DNA of 32,000 nt, from the NCBI RefSeq assembly GCF_000406145.1, contig NZ_CM001976.1:4763677-4795676 (forward strand), written 5' to 3'. Each line of letters opens with the position of its first letter. Position 1 is the first letter of the stretch. The notes below the pieces were generated by a model. It did not search any database. It was not told where the DNA came from and worked only from the letters and a program-made list of their open reading frames with translations. The stretch is from Dickeya dadantii NCPPB 898. Its GTDB lineage: Bacteria; Pseudomonadota; Gammaproteobacteria; Enterobacterales; Enterobacteriaceae. Position numbers and translations under genes: made by a program. This document shows, one piece after another, positions 30,165 to 32,000 of the stretch.

Positions 30165-30896
30165 TTATTCCGGTTTTTCAGCGTCTTTCTGCGCCAGCAT
30201 TTTTTCCAGCGCGTCGCCGCCCAGATGACGGAAGTCCTGGCCTTTAACGAAGTAGAAAATAAACTCGCAAATGTTCTGGCAACGGTCACCGATACGTTCG
30301 ATGGAACGGGCGCAGAACAACGCGGTCAGCACGCTGGGAATGGTGCGGGAGTCTTCCATCATGTGGGTCATCAGCTGACGCACAACGCCTTCGTACTCTT
30401 TATCCACCTTCTTGTCTTCCATGTAGATGCGCTTGGCTTCATCCAGATCCATACGGGCGAAAGCGTCCAGCACATCGTGCAGCATCTGTACGGTGTGGTT
30501 GCCCATTGACTCCAGGCTTACCAACAGCGGCTGATGCTGATGGGAGAATTTCTCCAGCGCGGTGCGGCAGATTTTGTCCGCCACATCGCCGATACGCTCC
30601 AGCTCGGAAATGGTCTTGATGATCGCCATCACCAGACGCAAATCGCTGGCGGTAGGCTGGCGTTTGGCGATGATGCGCACGCACGCCTCGTCAATGCTCA
30701 CTTCCATCATGTTTACTTTGGCGTCGCCTTCGATCACGCGCTGCGCCAGTTCCGCGTCCTGGTTATGCATGGCGGTGATGGCGTCGGTCAGTTGCTGTTC
30801 CACCAGCCCGCCCATGGTCATCACCTGGGTGCGGATGCTTTCCAGCTCGGCATTAAACTGACCGGAAATATGTTTGTTCAGATTGAGATTTTCCAT
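30165..30896 (-). CDS. phoU: Phosphate signalling complex protein PhoU
   Basis: 243 aa from ATG 30896 (GGGAG SD). [30 protein letters not shown]... is nearly identical to E. coli PhoU. Confidence 0.97.
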   Translation of the reverse strand: MENLNLNKHISGQFNAELESIRTQVMTMGGLVEQQLTDAITAMHNQDAELAQRVIEGDAKVNMMEVSIDEACVRIIAKRQPTASDLRLVMAIIKTISELERIGDVADKICRTALEKFSHQHQPLLVSLESMGNHTVQMLHDVLDAFARMDLDEAKRIYMEDKKVDKEYEGVVRQLMTHMMEDSRTIPSVLTALFCARSIERIGDRCQNICEFIFYFVKGQDFRHLGGDALEKMLAQKDAEKPE

Positions 30897-30909
30897 GATA
30901 CTCCCGTAA

Positions 30910-31734
<825 letters not shown>

Positions 31735-31797
31735 TCATTAATATTGCGTTGTTAATCTGTCTTTTGGGTGACGGTTAATGTGTTTTCTTATAGACGA

Positions 31798-32000
31798 TTA
31801 ATGTGTTTTTGGGGCAAACAGCACGCGCGCCACAATGTTCAGCAGCAGCACGCACAGGGTGATCAGCAGTACCCCTGCCCACGCCAGCCCCTGCCACTCT
31901 TTGAACGGACTCATGGCAAACTTGAAGATGGTGACCGGCAGGTTGGCGATCGGATGCATCAGATCCGTGCTCCAAAACTGGTTCGACAACGAGGTGAACA
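31798..32000 (-). CDS. pstA: Phosphate ABC transporter permease PstA, C-terminal fragment (continues beyond the window)
   Basis: The frame is open to the window edge. ...[66 protein letters not shown] matches the PstA C-terminus. Confidence 0.93.
   Translation of the reverse strand, partial: FTSLSNQFWSTDLMHPIANLPVTIFKFAMSPFKEWQGLAWAGVLLITLCVLLLNIVARVLFAPKTH

Overview
This is an enterobacterial chromosomal segment. Protein similarity and GC content suggest a Pectobacteriaceae or Dickeya-like organism, but that is inference only, because no database search was possible. All homology calls come from reading the supplied translations against protein families I remember.

The conserved backbone has the same order I recall for the E. 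coli K-12 oriC-proximal region: yidC (5' partial), mnmE, then yieE, adeP, yieH, then phoU, pstB, pstA (partial).

Between mnmE and yieE lies a roughly 21-kb mosaic:
- a low-GC hipBA toxin-antitoxin islet with four phased operators
- a GlxA-type regulator plus MBL-fold hydrolase operon, divergent from an orphan 4-hydroxyphenylpyruvate dioxygenase
- an HxlR regulator with an NAD(P)H-binding oxidoreductase
- a GNAT acetyltransferase with a LysR regulator
- a complete, translationally coupled arnBCADTEF lipid A aminoarabinose operon, with an ERIC-like palindromic element in its leader
- a roughly 0.6-kb AT-rich gene-poor spacer
- a low-GC operon of three outer-membrane lipoproteins (CsgG-like, DUF4810, DUF799/GNA1162-like)
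- an aegA-like Fe-S flavoprotein with a ysaA/hydN-like ferredoxin

Between yieH and phoU sits a polar amino-acid ABC importer (binding protein plus two permeases) with no ATPase gene.

I saw no tRNA, rRNA, CRISPR array, transposase or integrase. I cannot defend any truly novel system here. The best candidates for follow-up are the uncharacterised three-lipoprotein operon, the non-canonical hipB operator array and the ATPase-less importer.
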